Shown: one piece after another, positions 44,062-53,474 of the stretch
How the letters are laid out: the number at the start of each line of letters is the position of its first letter
How positions within the stretch are numbered: position 1 is the first letter of the stretch
Assembly: GCA_045403145.1 (NCBI GenBank)
Contig: JAXIPA010000053.1
Coordinates: forward strand, 1 to 60,489
Length of the DNA: 60,489 nt
From: Nitrospirota bacterium
GTDB lineage: Bacteria > Nitrospirota > UBA9217
Reading direction: 5' to 3'
Program-made: the position numbers and the translations under genes
The notes under the pieces: model-generated
The model's database searches: none
Seen by the model: only the letters and a program-made list of their open reading frames with translations
Told to the model about the DNA's origin: nothing

Positions 44062-44796
44062 GTGGCTAATTATTTTATTCGGCCATCTTACGCATTTCAA
44101 GAAGAGCACATGTCATTCATTTTAGTCCTTGCAGCCGGCTTCATTTTCATTCCTTCCTTTGCCATTGCCTGGGGTCCCATGACCCATATGTATCTGGGCA
44201 ATGAACTGCTTTCCTGCGCGTCGCTTCTCCCCGCCGGCATCTTTGCCCTTTTGAAAAAGCACAAACAGGACTTCCTCTACGGCAATATCATGGCCGACAT
44301 GATCCTCGGGAAAAAATACCTGCCCGAAGACAAGAGCTCTCACTCCTGGGACGTGGGCCTGAAGCTCCTGGACCAGGCCAAGACCTGGCCCGAGCGGGCC
44401 TTCTCGTACGGCTACCTCGCCCATCTCGCCGCGGACACCGTGGCCCATGAAACCCTCACGGACGATCTGGGGAACATGGGGCATACCTGGATCGAGCTCA
44501 AGGCGGACAGCATCATTGACAAGACCTACTGGCTGCAAACCATCTTGATCAGCAAGAAGGTTCGCAAGCGGAGTGATCTTCTGCTCGAGAACGCCCTCGA
44601 CAGCTATATCTTTTCCTTCAAGACCAACAAGCGGATCTACAAGAGCATGGTGTTCCTTTCGTTCCTGAACAAAAAGAGACGACGCGGCGTGGATCGGCAG
44701 CTCATCCACGACCTCCATGAGGAGTCCATTGCGCGCATGCTCGACCTGCTTCAGAACGGCACCGGATCCGCCGTCCTGCACAAAAGCCCGCTCTAA
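44062..44796 (+). CDS. zinc-dependent phospholipase C-like family protein
   Basis: ...IAWGPMTHMYLGNELL... and HLAADTVAH His-rich motifs. GTG 44062 follows GAAGGGG; ATG 44110 (MSFILVL..., signal-peptide-like) is an alternative start. Confidence 0.6.
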   Translation: MANYFIRPSYAFQEEHMSFILVLAAGFIFIPSFAIAWGPMTHMYLGNELLSCASLLPAGIFALLKKHKQDFLYGNIMADMILGKKYLPEDKSSHSWDVGLKLLDQAKTWPERAFSYGYLAHLAADTVAHETLTDDLGNMGHTWIELKADSIIDKTYWLQTILISKKVRKRSDLLLENALDSYIFSFKTNKRIYKSMVFLSFLNKKRRRGVDRQLIHDLHEESIARMLDLLQNGTGSAVLHKSPL

Positions 44797-44895
44797 GTAT
44801 TTCACCGACACTCCTTAGCCACACCCTTTCTTTCGAGAAATCCGCTATACTTTTCTGTATACGCATGATGCACAATTTCCCGACAGGAGACAGAC

Positions 44896-45378
44896 ATGGA
44901 CCTGAATACCATTCACCTTGACATTCCCGAAGGCTGCAACATCATCCTCGGCCAGACCCATTTTATCAAGACCGCGGAAGACCTCTACGAGATAATCGCC
45001 ACGACCGTGCCGCAGGCAAAGTTCGGAGTTGCCTTCACCGAGGCCTCCGGTCCCTGCCTCATCCGGACCGAGGGTAATGACGACAGTCTCATTGCCGCCT
45101 GTGTCCATGTTCTTCAATCTCTCGGCGCGGGCCACGTGTTCTGCATTTACCTCAAAAACGCGTTTCCGATCAACGTGCTCACCCAGATCAAGAGCTGTCC
45201 CGAGGTCTGCCGCATCTTCTGCGCAACAGCCAATCCGCTCGAAGTTGTGGTCGCGGCGACGCCGCAGGGCAAAGGGATCATGGGCGTCATCGACGGGTCT
45301 TCACCGAAAGGCCTGGAGACCCCCGGGGACAAGGCGCAGCGCAAGGGGTTCCTCAGGAAGATCGGGTACAAGCTGTGA
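44896..45378 (+). CDS. adenosine-specific kinase family (PF04008-like) protein
   Basis: ...GQTHFIKTAEDLYEII...KFGVAFTEASGPCLIRTEGND...AGHVF...PINVLTQIKSCPEV...ATANPLEV...GVIDG...LRKIGYKL matches my memory of this family. Confidence 0.65.
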   Translation: MDLNTIHLDIPEGCNIILGQTHFIKTAEDLYEIIATTVPQAKFGVAFTEASGPCLIRTEGNDDSLIAACVHVLQSLGAGHVFCIYLKNAFPINVLTQIKSCPEVCRIFCATANPLEVVVAATPQGKGIMGVIDGSSPKGLETPGDKAQRKGFLRKIGYKL

Positions 45379-45543
45379 TTTCGATTGCGGAATGCGGATT
45401 GCGGATTTCGGAATGGAAACGGAGAAGATTCAAGAGCAGCGCGCGGAGTAATGGATAGTTCCGCCCTCCGCTATCGTAAGCAGACTGTCCCGGCCTGCCT
45501 TTTGTCCACAATCCGCAATCTGCAATCCGAAATCCGCAATTTG
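45379..45543. repeat. Family B heptamer-array inverted repeat with 90-nt spacer
   Basis: TTTCGATTGCGGAATGCGGATTGCGGATTTCGGAATGG (45379-45415) pairs with CCACAATCCGCAATCTGCAATCCGAAATCCGCAATTTG (45506-45543). Starts directly after the stop at 45378. Confidence 0.7.
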
Positions 45544-45623
45544 CTAATCTCCCGTTACTTCTCACATCTCTCTGCCTTTCCCTGCCCTTTACACCTGCCG
45601 TAAAACCTGTTACAGTATCCAGC

Positions 45624-45815
45624 ATGAAATCCGAACACAAGGCCGGCACCATCATCTCCGTGGGCGGAGGCAAGGGGGAGTTCCTGCGCTTTATCGATTC
45701 GCTCGATGAGCGGGTCTTCGGCAAGACCAGCAAGAACGCCTGGAAGCTCCGGATGTTCTTCAAGCCCGCCGCGGTCGTCAGCTATCTCGTAAGCAGCGGC
45801 CCGGACATGCCATGA
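45624..45815 (+). CDS. hypothetical small protein (63 aa)
   Basis: The ORF stop overlaps the ATG of the downstream GT-C gene (ATGA). No SD or family recognised. Confidence 0.3.
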   Translation: MKSEHKAGTIISVGGGKGEFLRFIDSLDERVFGKTSKNAWKLRMFFKPAAVVSYLVSSGPDMP

Positions 45816-47608
45816 TCAACATAAGAGATGGTGAAAAAAACGGTGAAAAAGCGCCCTTCGGAGGACTTGGGGAAGGCCGCGCATTTCCCTTGTTCCCCGT
45901 ATTGGCAGTCTTGTTTCTGTCGTTTGCCGTTTATTTTAACGCCCTTTCCAACGAGTTTGTCTATGATGACATCCCCAATGTCGTTGAAAATCCCTGGATC
46001 AAGGACTTCAGCTTCCTGCCAAAAATATTTACTTCACAGGTAGCGGGTTTCAACGCCGGTTATACCACCAGTTATTACAGGCCGCTGGTTCATGTCATTT
46101 ACCTGCTCGCGTATTCCGTCTTCGGGCTCAGCGCCTGGGGGTTTCATTTCGTAAACATCCTCTTTCATGCCGGTACGTCCGTTCTTTTATTCTTTATCGC
46201 CTCGAGGCTGCTGCCGGAGTCCCGGCCTTCCCCCTTTCCACGGATGCTTTCTCCGGCCCTGCTCATCGCCCTGCTCTTTGCCGCTCATCCCGTCCACACG
46301 GAGGCGGTTGCCTGGATAGCGGGAATCATGGATGTTTCCTTCACCTTTTTCTTTCTTCTTTCCCTGTATCTCTACATGCGTTCCGGGGCGGGAAACAAGG
46401 TTACTTATACCCTGTCTGTAGCGTCTTTTTTTCTCTCCACGCTTTGTAAAGAGCCTGCGCTGACCCTTCCGTTTATCCTGATCGCCTATGACCATATCTT
46501 CGGCAAAATATCTTTTCGCCTGCCTCGCCATTACCTGCGTTATCTTCCCTACCTCGCGGTCTCGGGGATTTATTTTGCCCTGAGACTCAATGCCCTTGGC
46601 GGGTTCGTGCCGAGCAAAACACCCATAGACCTGACAGTTTATCAATACGGCATCAACATCCTCCATCTTTTTGCCCAGTATGTCGGAAAACTCATTCTGC
46701 CCGTGAATTTAAGCGTTCTTCACGGCTTTCATCCCCTCAAGTCGATTTTCGAGACGAGAGGGCTTTTGTCGCTTGTCCTGGTGTCGGCAGCGGCGCTCTT
46801 TGCATACAGGATGCGGAGGGAAAAAGCCGTGTCCTTTTCACTTTTCCTGCTTGTCCTTCCGCTCCTGCCGGCCTTTTACATCAGGTCCATTGCCGGAGAG
46901 AGCGTCTTCGCCGAGAGATATCTCTACCTCCCTTCCTCGGGATTCATCATTATTCTGGTCTCTTTCCTTACGCGGCTTAAATTGCCTGTTTTTTCACCTG
47001 ATAAAATTCTGATCGTCTTTTTCCCCGTGCTGATCGTTGCCTACTCGGCCGGGACCCTTCTGAGAAATGCCACATGGAAAGACAGCTATACGCTCTGGAT
47101 CGATACCGTAAAAAAGAACCCTGACAGCGCGGCGGCGCACAAATATCTCGGGTATGCTTTCTATGCCAACGGGAAAACGGATGAAGCAATCGAGCAGTAT
47201 GCCGTTGCCTTGAACCTGAAGCCGGACGACGCAGAGGCCCGTTTGAATCTGGGGGCCGCATATTATGGCGCGGGCAGGATTGACAGGGCCATTGAGCAGT
47301 TCCAGGCGGTGATACGCCTCAAACCGGCGCATGCGCAGGCCCATTTTAATCTGGCGCGTGCCTGCGCTGACGCTGGGTTGATCAGCCAGGCTGTAGAGCA
47401 TTACCAGATTGCCGTAGCACTGAATCCGGAATACGCAGAAGCCTACAATGGATTAGGCATCGCGTATGCGATGAAGGGAATGACGGACGAAGCGACCAAC
47501 AGTTTCAGCAGCGCGGTCCGTCTGGACCCGGGCAACCGTGATTATTATGATAACCTGATGAAGGCGCAGGGAATGAAAAAATTGCCCGGGCAGGCCGGGC
47601 GCCCGTGA
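45812..47608 (+). CDS. GT-C fold membrane glycosyltransferase (PMT_2/TMTC/DUF1736-like) with C-terminal TPR repeats
   Basis: About 11 TM helices; the first loop has FVYDDIPNVVENPWIKD (DD/DE motif of GT-C enzymes). C-terminal TPR units (AHKYLGYAFYANGKTDEAIEQYAVALNLKPDDAEA...). Confidence 0.8.
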   Translation: MINIRDGEKNGEKAPFGGLGEGRAFPLFPVLAVLFLSFAVYFNALSNEFVYDDIPNVVENPWIKDFSFLPKIFTSQVAGFNAGYTTSYYRPLVHVIYLLAYSVFGLSAWGFHFVNILFHAGTSVLLFFIASRLLPESRPSPFPRMLSPALLIALLFAAHPVHTEAVAWIAGIMDVSFTFFFLLSLYLYMRSGAGNKVTYTLSVASFFLSTLCKEPALTLPFILIAYDHIFGKISFRLPRHYLRYLPYLAVSGIYFALRLNALGGFVPSKTPIDLTVYQYGINILHLFAQYVGKLILPVNLSVLHGFHPLKSIFETRGLLSLVLVSAAALFAYRMRREKAVSFSLFLLVLPLLPAFYIRSIAGESVFAERYLYLPSSGFIIILVSFLTRLKLPVFSPDKILIVFFPVLIVAYSAGTLLRNATWKDSYTLWIDTVKKNPDSAAAHKYLGYAFYANGKTDEAIEQYAVALNLKPDDAEARLNLGAAYYGAGRIDRAIEQFQAVIRLKPAHAQAHFNLARACADAGLISQAVEHYQIAVALNPEYAEAYNGLGIAYAMKGMTDEATNSFSSAVRLDPGNRDYYDNLMKAQGMKKLPGQAGRP

Positions 47609-47672
47609 AAGAAACGGGACAGCGGGAACATCCCTAACCCGCGGCAGCGGCAGTTTACGAACAGGACAGGCC

Positions 47673-48539
47673 ATGGTCAAAAAATATATCGCTCTCATTC
47701 GTCCCTATCAATATTTTAAAAATCTGTTCATCTTCGCCCCCCTGTTTTTCGGCCTGAAGATTGCCGACCTCGAATTGCTGTTCAGAACCTTTCTGGCTTT
47801 CATCGCTTTTTCATTTATCGCGAGCGCCGTTTACGTATTCAACGATTACCACGACGCTGAAGAAGACAAAAGACATCCGACGAAAAAGAACCGCCCCCTG
47901 GCTTCGGGAAGCGTCTCAAAAAAGGCCGCCCTCTTTTTACTGGCCCTATTGTCGGCAGCAGGTTTGGGCATGACCGCTCTTTTAAGCCTTCCCATGCTTA
48001 ATCTGGTATTCATCTATGCGGCGCTGAACATCGCCTATACGTTGAAGCTGAAGCATATGGCCATCATTGATGTTTTCATCATTGCCGCCGGTTTCGTGAT
48101 AAGGCTGTTCATCGGGTCCCTTGTGACAGGCATCGAGCTGTCCATGTGGATCATCATCATGACTTTCCTGCTCGCCCTTTTTCTGGCCCTTGCGAAAAGA
48201 AGGGACGATGTGGTCATATTTCTTGCAAGCGGTGAAAGGCCGAGGAAGGTGGTGGACGGGTATAACCTCGATATCCTGGACCTGTCGATGACGATCATGG
48301 CTTCCGTTACCATTGTTTCCTATATCATGTATACGGTATCGCCCGCGGTCATAAAAAAAACGAACAGTGACAAACTGTACCTGTCCGTCGTATTCGTCAT
48401 GCTCGGCGTCATGAGGTATCTGCAGATCGTCTTCGTCGAAAAGGGCAGCGGCTCTCCCACCGATGTTTTGCTCCGTGACAGATTCATCCAGATGACGCTT
48501 GCAGGATGGGTTTTGTTGCTGTGGATGTTGATTTATTGA
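47673..48539 (+). CDS. UbiA-family decaprenyl-phosphate phosphoribosyltransferase homologue (Rv3806c-like)
   Basis: VFNDYHDAEEDKRHPTKKNRPLASG motif plus about 8 TM helices. Confidence 0.85.
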   Translation: MVKKYIALIRPYQYFKNLFIFAPLFFGLKIADLELLFRTFLAFIAFSFIASAVYVFNDYHDAEEDKRHPTKKNRPLASGSVSKKAALFLLALLSAAGLGMTALLSLPMLNLVFIYAALNIAYTLKLKHMAIIDVFIIAAGFVIRLFIGSLVTGIELSMWIIIMTFLLALFLALAKRRDDVVIFLASGERPRKVVDGYNLDILDLSMTIMASVTIVSYIMYTVSPAVIKKTNSDKLYLSVVFVMLGVMRYLQIVFVEKGSGSPTDVLLRDRFIQMTLAGWVLLLWMLIY

Positions 48540-48615
48540 ACGGACTCCGGACGCTTTCCTTTCGTGGGCCGGCGTCCTTAAAACCAATGACGGATATCGT
48601 CGAAGGCTGTCTGAA

Positions 48616-49944
48616 ATGCTGATATCAGGCTGGGGAAATTATCCGAAGATCGAGGCCGAGGTCGGGAAGGCTGACTCGGTTGAGGCGGTAAGAGAATATC
48701 TGAATGCCGCCGGGTCATGCATAAGCCGCGGGCTGGGGCGGAGCTATGGGGATTCCTCGTTGCAGGAAAATATTCTTCTGACCTTGAAGCTCAACAGGAT
48801 GCTGTCATTTAATGAGAAGGAGGGCGTCCTTTCCTGTGAATCCGGCGTGAACCTCAAGGATATTCTCGATACCTTTGTGCCCCGGGGATGGTTTTTGCCG
48901 GTGACGCCGGGGACCAAATATGTCACCCTCGGCGGCGCAATTGCATCGGACGTTCACGGGAAGAACCACCACAAGGAAGGGGCCTTTTCAGAGTTCCTTG
49001 TCTCCCTGGATGTCATGACCTCGGAGGGCAGGATCGTGACCTGTTCCAAAACAGACAATGGGGACTTATTCAGGGCCACCTGCGGGGGAATGGGCCTGAC
49101 GGGAATCATCCTGAATGCATCGTTGCGCTTGAAAAAGATAGAAACAGCCTACATAAAGCAGTCGACGATCAAGGCGAGGAATCTTTCCGAGACCATGGAG
49201 CTGTTCGAGAAACATGGAGACGCCGCTTATTCCGTGGCGTGGATCGATTGCCTGTCGAAAAAAGAGAGCCTGGGCAGAAGTATTCTCCTGGTCGGCGAAC
49301 ACGCGGACCGGCAGGATATCAGGGGCTTGGCGGTCTCGAAAAACCCGCTCGAGCTGAAGGGGAAAAGGACCATCAACATTCCGGTGAATTTCCCCAACTT
49401 CGTATTGAACAGCGTTACCGCGCGATGCTTTAATTTTCTTTATTACCATCAATATTCCGGCGGGAAAGGCGCATCAATCGTTGATTACGATTCTTTTTTT
49501 TATCCCCTTGACAGCGTCCATAACTGGAACAGGATATACGGCTCGCGGGGTTTCACGCAGTATCAGTGCGTGCTTCCCTTCGCCGGGAGCAGGGAAGGCC
49601 TGACGAAGATATTGACGAAGACACACAAAAGCGGCAGGGGATCGTTTCTGGCGGTCCTGAAGCTCTTCGGCAAGAGCAACGACAATCTGCTCTCCTTTCC
49701 CATGGAGGGCTATACACTCGCGCTGGATTTCCCGATAACTTCGGGGCTGTTCAAATTGCTCGACGATCTGGATGACATTGTTCTGGATTACGGCGGCAGG
49801 CTGTATCTTTCAAAAGATGTGAGAATGGGCAGGGACATGTTCGACCGTAGCTATGAGAATGCCGGACGTTTCAAGGCCGCAAAAAAGCGCATTGACATAA
49901 ACAACAAGTTTCGCTCATTCCAATCGAGCAGGCTGGGAGTGTAA
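48616..49944 (+). CDS. FAD-dependent oxidoreductase, DprE1-like (polyprenylphospho-ribose 2'-oxidase)
   Basis: ISGWGNYP...SRGLGRSYGDSSL closely parallels Mtb DprE1 TGWGRT...ARGLGRSYGD. FAD-binding PCMH-type domain. Confidence 0.85.
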   Translation: MLISGWGNYPKIEAEVGKADSVEAVREYLNAAGSCISRGLGRSYGDSSLQENILLTLKLNRMLSFNEKEGVLSCESGVNLKDILDTFVPRGWFLPVTPGTKYVTLGGAIASDVHGKNHHKEGAFSEFLVSLDVMTSEGRIVTCSKTDNGDLFRATCGGMGLTGIILNASLRLKKIETAYIKQSTIKARNLSETMELFEKHGDAAYSVAWIDCLSKKESLGRSILLVGEHADRQDIRGLAVSKNPLELKGKRTINIPVNFPNFVLNSVTARCFNFLYYHQYSGGKGASIVDYDSFFYPLDSVHNWNRIYGSRGFTQYQCVLPFAGSREGLTKILTKTHKSGRGSFLAVLKLFGKSNDNLLSFPMEGYTLALDFPITSGLFKLLDDLDDIVLDYGGRLYLSKDVRMGRDMFDRSYENAGRFKAAKKRIDINNKFRSFQSSRLGV

Positions 49945-50676
49945 ATGAGCTGGATTCTCATACTCGGCGCGAAATCGGACATAGGAAAAGCAATCGCGCA
50001 CAAATTCGCACGGGGAGGATTTAATATTTACCTTGCGGCACGAAAGCATCAGCAACTGGAACGCGATGTCGCGGACCTGGAAGTACGACATCAGATCAAG
50101 GCAGCAGCGGTGGCATTCGACGCGGCAGACTATCCGGGCCATCAGGGGTTTTATGACGGGCTCAAGGAAACGCCGACGGGCGTCGTATGCGCGGTAGGGT
50201 ATTTGGGCAATCAAAAGATGGCCGAGCAGGAGTTTCAGGAAACCGAGAAAATCATCAGCGCCAATTATATTGGCTGTGTTTCCGTTCTCAATATCATCGC
50301 AAATGATTTTGAGGAACGCCAACAGGGCTTTATCATCGGGATAAGCTCAGTGGCTGGAGACCGGGGGAGACAAAGCAATTATCTGTATGGAAGTGCGAAG
50401 GCCGGCTTCAGCGCCTATCTTTCCGGCTTGAGAAACAGGCTCTCCCGATCGAACGTTCAGGTCATGACCGTAAAACCCGGCTTTGTAGATACCAAAATGA
50501 CCGAGGGGATGAGACTTCCTCCCTTGCTGACCGCGCAGGCGGAAGAAGTCGCTGAAGATGTCTATAAGGCCTGGATGAAGAGGAAGGACGTCGTTTATAC
50601 GAGATGGTTCTGGAGATGGATAATGGCGGCGATCACCTGCATTCCGGAACGGATCTTCAAAAAGCTCGATTTATAG
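49945..50676 (+). CDS. SDR, DprE2-like (polyprenylphospho-2-keto-pentose reductase)
   Basis: ILILGAKSDIGKAIA, YGSAKAGFSAY, and C-terminal IPERIFKKLDL parallel to Mtb Rv3791 IPRSIFRKLPI. Confidence 0.85.
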   Translation: MSWILILGAKSDIGKAIAHKFARGGFNIYLAARKHQQLERDVADLEVRHQIKAAAVAFDAADYPGHQGFYDGLKETPTGVVCAVGYLGNQKMAEQEFQETEKIISANYIGCVSVLNIIANDFEERQQGFIIGISSVAGDRGRQSNYLYGSAKAGFSAYLSGLRNRLSRSNVQVMTVKPGFVDTKMTEGMRLPPLLTAQAEEVAEDVYKAWMKRKDVVYTRWFWRWIMAAITCIPERIFKKLDL

Positions 50677-50829
50677 CCATGGGATCGGGCATGCTTTACT
50701 GACGCGGCCTGAAATCACGGACCAGGACGGGGAAAACATCCCTTGCTTATTTCCCCTAAAAGCAGTAGCATTCATGGCACGATTCGCCGTCAGGCCTGAA
50801 TCAAATCAATCCAAAAAGGGAGCTCCACA

Positions 50830-51609
50830 ATGAAACGATTATTGAACGCTGTTGCAGCAGGAACGCTGTTTGTCATAATGATATTCGTCTCGGCAGCCGC
50901 TTTCGCGGCCACGGAAAAGGCCGCGCCGATGCCGAAGCAGGAGACCAAAGTAACGGCGGATGCATCGGCCGGGGCACTCTCAGGCAAGGTCGTCGAGACC
51001 ATGAATTCCGGGGGGTATACCTACGTCAGTCTGGAGAAAAACGGCAAGAAAACCTGGGTCGCCGTGCCGCAGATGCAGGTTACCGTAGGCCAGGAAATGG
51101 CGCTGCAGCCCGGCCAGGAGATGCGCAACTTTACGAGCAAGTCCTTGAACAGGACCTTTGAAAGCATCATCTTCTCCGGCGGCCCCGCGGGTGCCCAGGG
51201 TTCGCAAACCATGCCCGCCGGCCACGGCGCATCGGGAGATAAGCCAATCGTCAGCAAGGCATCTGCCACCGCTGTCAAGGACGTCAAGGTAGAGAAGGCC
51301 ACTGGGGCGGACGCGTATACTGTAGGAGAAATTTTTGCCAAGAGAGCGTCGCTCGACCAGAAGACCGCCGTCGTACGGGGCAAAGTCGTGAAAGTATCCC
51401 CCGGCATCATGGGAAAGAACTGGATTCATTTGCAGGACGGCACCGGCGATGCGGGCGCGGGAACGAACAAGCTGGTCGTGACCTCCGACGATATGCCCGC
51501 GGTCGGCGATGTGGTGACGGTCAAGGGCACGGTCTTCAAGGACAAGGATTTCGGGGCAGGATACAAATACAACGTAATCATGGAAAAGGCGAGCATCTCG
51601 AAACAATAA
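50830..51609 (+). CDS. secreted protein with two related beta-rich (OB-like) modules, hypothetical
   Basis: Signal peptide ...AAAFAATEK. Modules start GKVVETMNSGGYTYVSLEKNGKKTWVAV... and GKVVKVSPGIMGKNWIHLQDGTG.... Confidence 0.65.
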   Translation: MKRLLNAVAAGTLFVIMIFVSAAAFAATEKAAPMPKQETKVTADASAGALSGKVVETMNSGGYTYVSLEKNGKKTWVAVPQMQVTVGQEMALQPGQEMRNFTSKSLNRTFESIIFSGGPAGAQGSQTMPAGHGASGDKPIVSKASATAVKDVKVEKATGADAYTVGEIFAKRASLDQKTAVVRGKVVKVSPGIMGKNWIHLQDGTGDAGAGTNKLVVTSDDMPAVGDVVTVKGTVFKDKDFGAGYKYNVIMEKASISKQ

Positions 51610-51640
51610 AGACCCGAAAAAACGGGAATCTTGATGAGAA

Positions 51641-51673
51641 GGCTGGCAGGGAACAACTTGCCGGCCTTTTTTT
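51641..51673 (+). terminator. Rho-independent terminator
   Basis: GGCTGGCA (51641-51648), 10-nt loop, TGCCGGCC (51659-51666), then TTTTTTT. Confidence 0.65.
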
Positions 51674-51728
51674 ATCCCGCAAGGTTCGATAAGCCTAACC
51701 CGGACAAGCCGGAACAAAGCAAAGCATT

Positions 51729-51837
51729 TTCTCGCAAAGACGCAAAGCGCGCAAAGAAATGCTTGTACGTCCTGAATTTAAAAATAAACCTTTCGCTTTT
51801 GCCGTTCTCTTTGCGACCTTTGCGTCTTTGCGAGAGA
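51729..51837. repeat. Family D oligomer-array inverted repeat
   Basis: TTCTCGCAAAGACGCAAAGCGCGCAAAGAAA (51729-51759) pairs with the reverse complement of TTCTCTTTGCGACCTTTGCGTCTTTGCGAGAGA (51805-51837). Arms are nearly perfect; the spacer is 45 nt and AT-rich. Confidence 0.7.
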
Positions 51838-51947
51838 CAAGTTTAAAGTTTTAGGATAAAAAACTTGACAAATAAAGCATTTTAGGAAAAAATCAGTGCT
51901 CTACGGAGCGGCATAAAAAACATCTCCAGGAAGGGCGTTCATCCGAT

Positions 51948-53405
51948 ATGAGCAAATCAATCCGAAAATTATTGATCGCGAACCGCGGCGTTCCGGCCGT
52001 ACGGGTCATGCACACCTGCAGAGACCGTAAGATCCCGACGGTCGCGGTGTACAGCGACCCGGACCGGCTCGCCCACCATGTGTTCATGGCGGACGAGGCC
52101 GTGCATATCGGCGCCGCGCCGCCTGCGGAGTCCTATCTCAACATGGACAAGATGGTTGACGCGGCCCTCCGGAGCGGCTCCGACGCCATTCACCCGGGAT
52201 GGGGCTTCCTGGCCGAGAACGCCCAGTTCGCCCGGAAGGTGATCGATGCCGGACTCACCTGGATCGGGCCCTCTCCCGAGGTCATCAGCATGCTGGGAGA
52301 CAAGATCGAGGCCAAGGCCCTGGCCAGGAAAGCCAACGTCCCGACCATTCCGGGCATCGATGCGGTCACCGACGCCGGGCAGATCACCTCGTGGATGCAG
52401 AAGGACAATGTGGCCTATCCTATCATGATCAAGGCCGCCTCGGGCGGAGGCGGCAAGGGGATGGTGAAGGTCGAAAGCGACGATGAACTGCCGCAGGCCC
52501 TGGCCCGCGCCCGGTCCGAGGCAAAAAAGTCCTTCGGCGACGACACCATCCTGGTGGAGAAATACATCGAGCGAGGCAGGCACATCGAGGTCCAGATCGT
52601 AGCGGATACCCAGGGCAATGTGGTCCACCTCTACGAACGGGAATGCACCATCCAGCGCCGGAACCAGAAGATCATCGAGGAGGCGCCGTCGCCAAGCCTC
52701 GATGAGAATCTCCGGAACGAGATCTGCTTCACCGCGACGCGGCTGATGCGGGAAATCGGCTATACAACCGCCGGGACCGTGGAGTACATCTTCGATTCCG
52801 TTACGCGGAAGTTCTACTTCCTCGAAGTGAATACCCGGCTTCAGGTCGAGCACGGCATTACCGAGCTTATCACCGGCCTCGATATCGTCGGCATCATGAT
52901 CGACGTGGCGCTGGGCAAGAAGCTGCCCTTCAAGCAGTCCGCCATCCGTCCGAACCGGTGGGCGCTCGAGGTCCGCCTGAACGCCGAGGACCCCAAGACC
53001 TTCAGCCCCTCCTTTGGCCCGATCTCCCGCCTCCAGATCCCCATGGGCCCGAACGTGCGCGTGGCCTCGGGGGTCTACGAGGGCGGAGACATCCCCCCCT
53101 ACTACGATTCGCTGTTCATGCTGCTCATGACGGCCGGACCGGACCGCAAGGACGCCATCAGCGTGATGGACCGGTCGCTGGGAAGGAACCTCAGGGTCGA
53201 GGGCGTCAAGACGCTGCAGCCGCTTCTGCTCTCCATCATCAGGCACCCCTCGTTCGTGTCGGGCGAGTTCTCCACGAGGTTCATCGAGGAGCACATGGAT
53301 GAGCTGATCTCCAAGTTCCAGGAAAAGAACACCGAGGACGAGGTCCTGAAGATCGCGCGGTACGTGGCGGAGATCTCGGCGTTGGGGCCGCAGAAGTGGA
53401 TGTAG
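51948..53405 (+). CDS. biotin carboxylase subunit (PycA / AccC-like)
   Basis: IRKLLIANRGVPAVRVMHTCRD..., ATP-grasp, ...EVNTRLQVEHGITE.... 485 aa. Confidence 0.9.
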   Translation: MSKSIRKLLIANRGVPAVRVMHTCRDRKIPTVAVYSDPDRLAHHVFMADEAVHIGAAPPAESYLNMDKMVDAALRSGSDAIHPGWGFLAENAQFARKVIDAGLTWIGPSPEVISMLGDKIEAKALARKANVPTIPGIDAVTDAGQITSWMQKDNVAYPIMIKAASGGGGKGMVKVESDDELPQALARARSEAKKSFGDDTILVEKYIERGRHIEVQIVADTQGNVVHLYERECTIQRRNQKIIEEAPSPSLDENLRNEICFTATRLMREIGYTTAGTVEYIFDSVTRKFYFLEVNTRLQVEHGITELITGLDIVGIMIDVALGKKLPFKQSAIRPNRWALEVRLNAEDPKTFSPSFGPISRLQIPMGPNVRVASGVYEGGDIPPYYDSLFMLLMTAGPDRKDAISVMDRSLGRNLRVEGVKTLQPLLLSIIRHPSFVSGEFSTRFIEEHMDELISKFQEKNTEDEVLKIARYVAEISALGPQKWM

Positions 53406-53410
53406 GAACG

Positions 53411-53443
53411 GCAATGCGGATTGCGGATTGCGGAATGCGGAAG
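53411..53443. repeat. Family B heptamer array (single arm)
   Basis: GCAATGCGGATTGCGGATTGCGGAATGCGGAAG, 6 nt after the stop at 53405. Confidence 0.55.
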
Positions 53444-53474
53444 AACCCGATCTCCCGTTTTTCCGACTGACTTT

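Noticed and set aside
45624-45815. The 63-aa ORF as a SAM-methyltransferase fragment, because of ISVGGGKGEFL.
   Set aside because: The motif match is too short and no other methyltransferase motifs follow. Kept only as a low-confidence hypothetical ORF because of its ATGA coupling to the GT-C gene.
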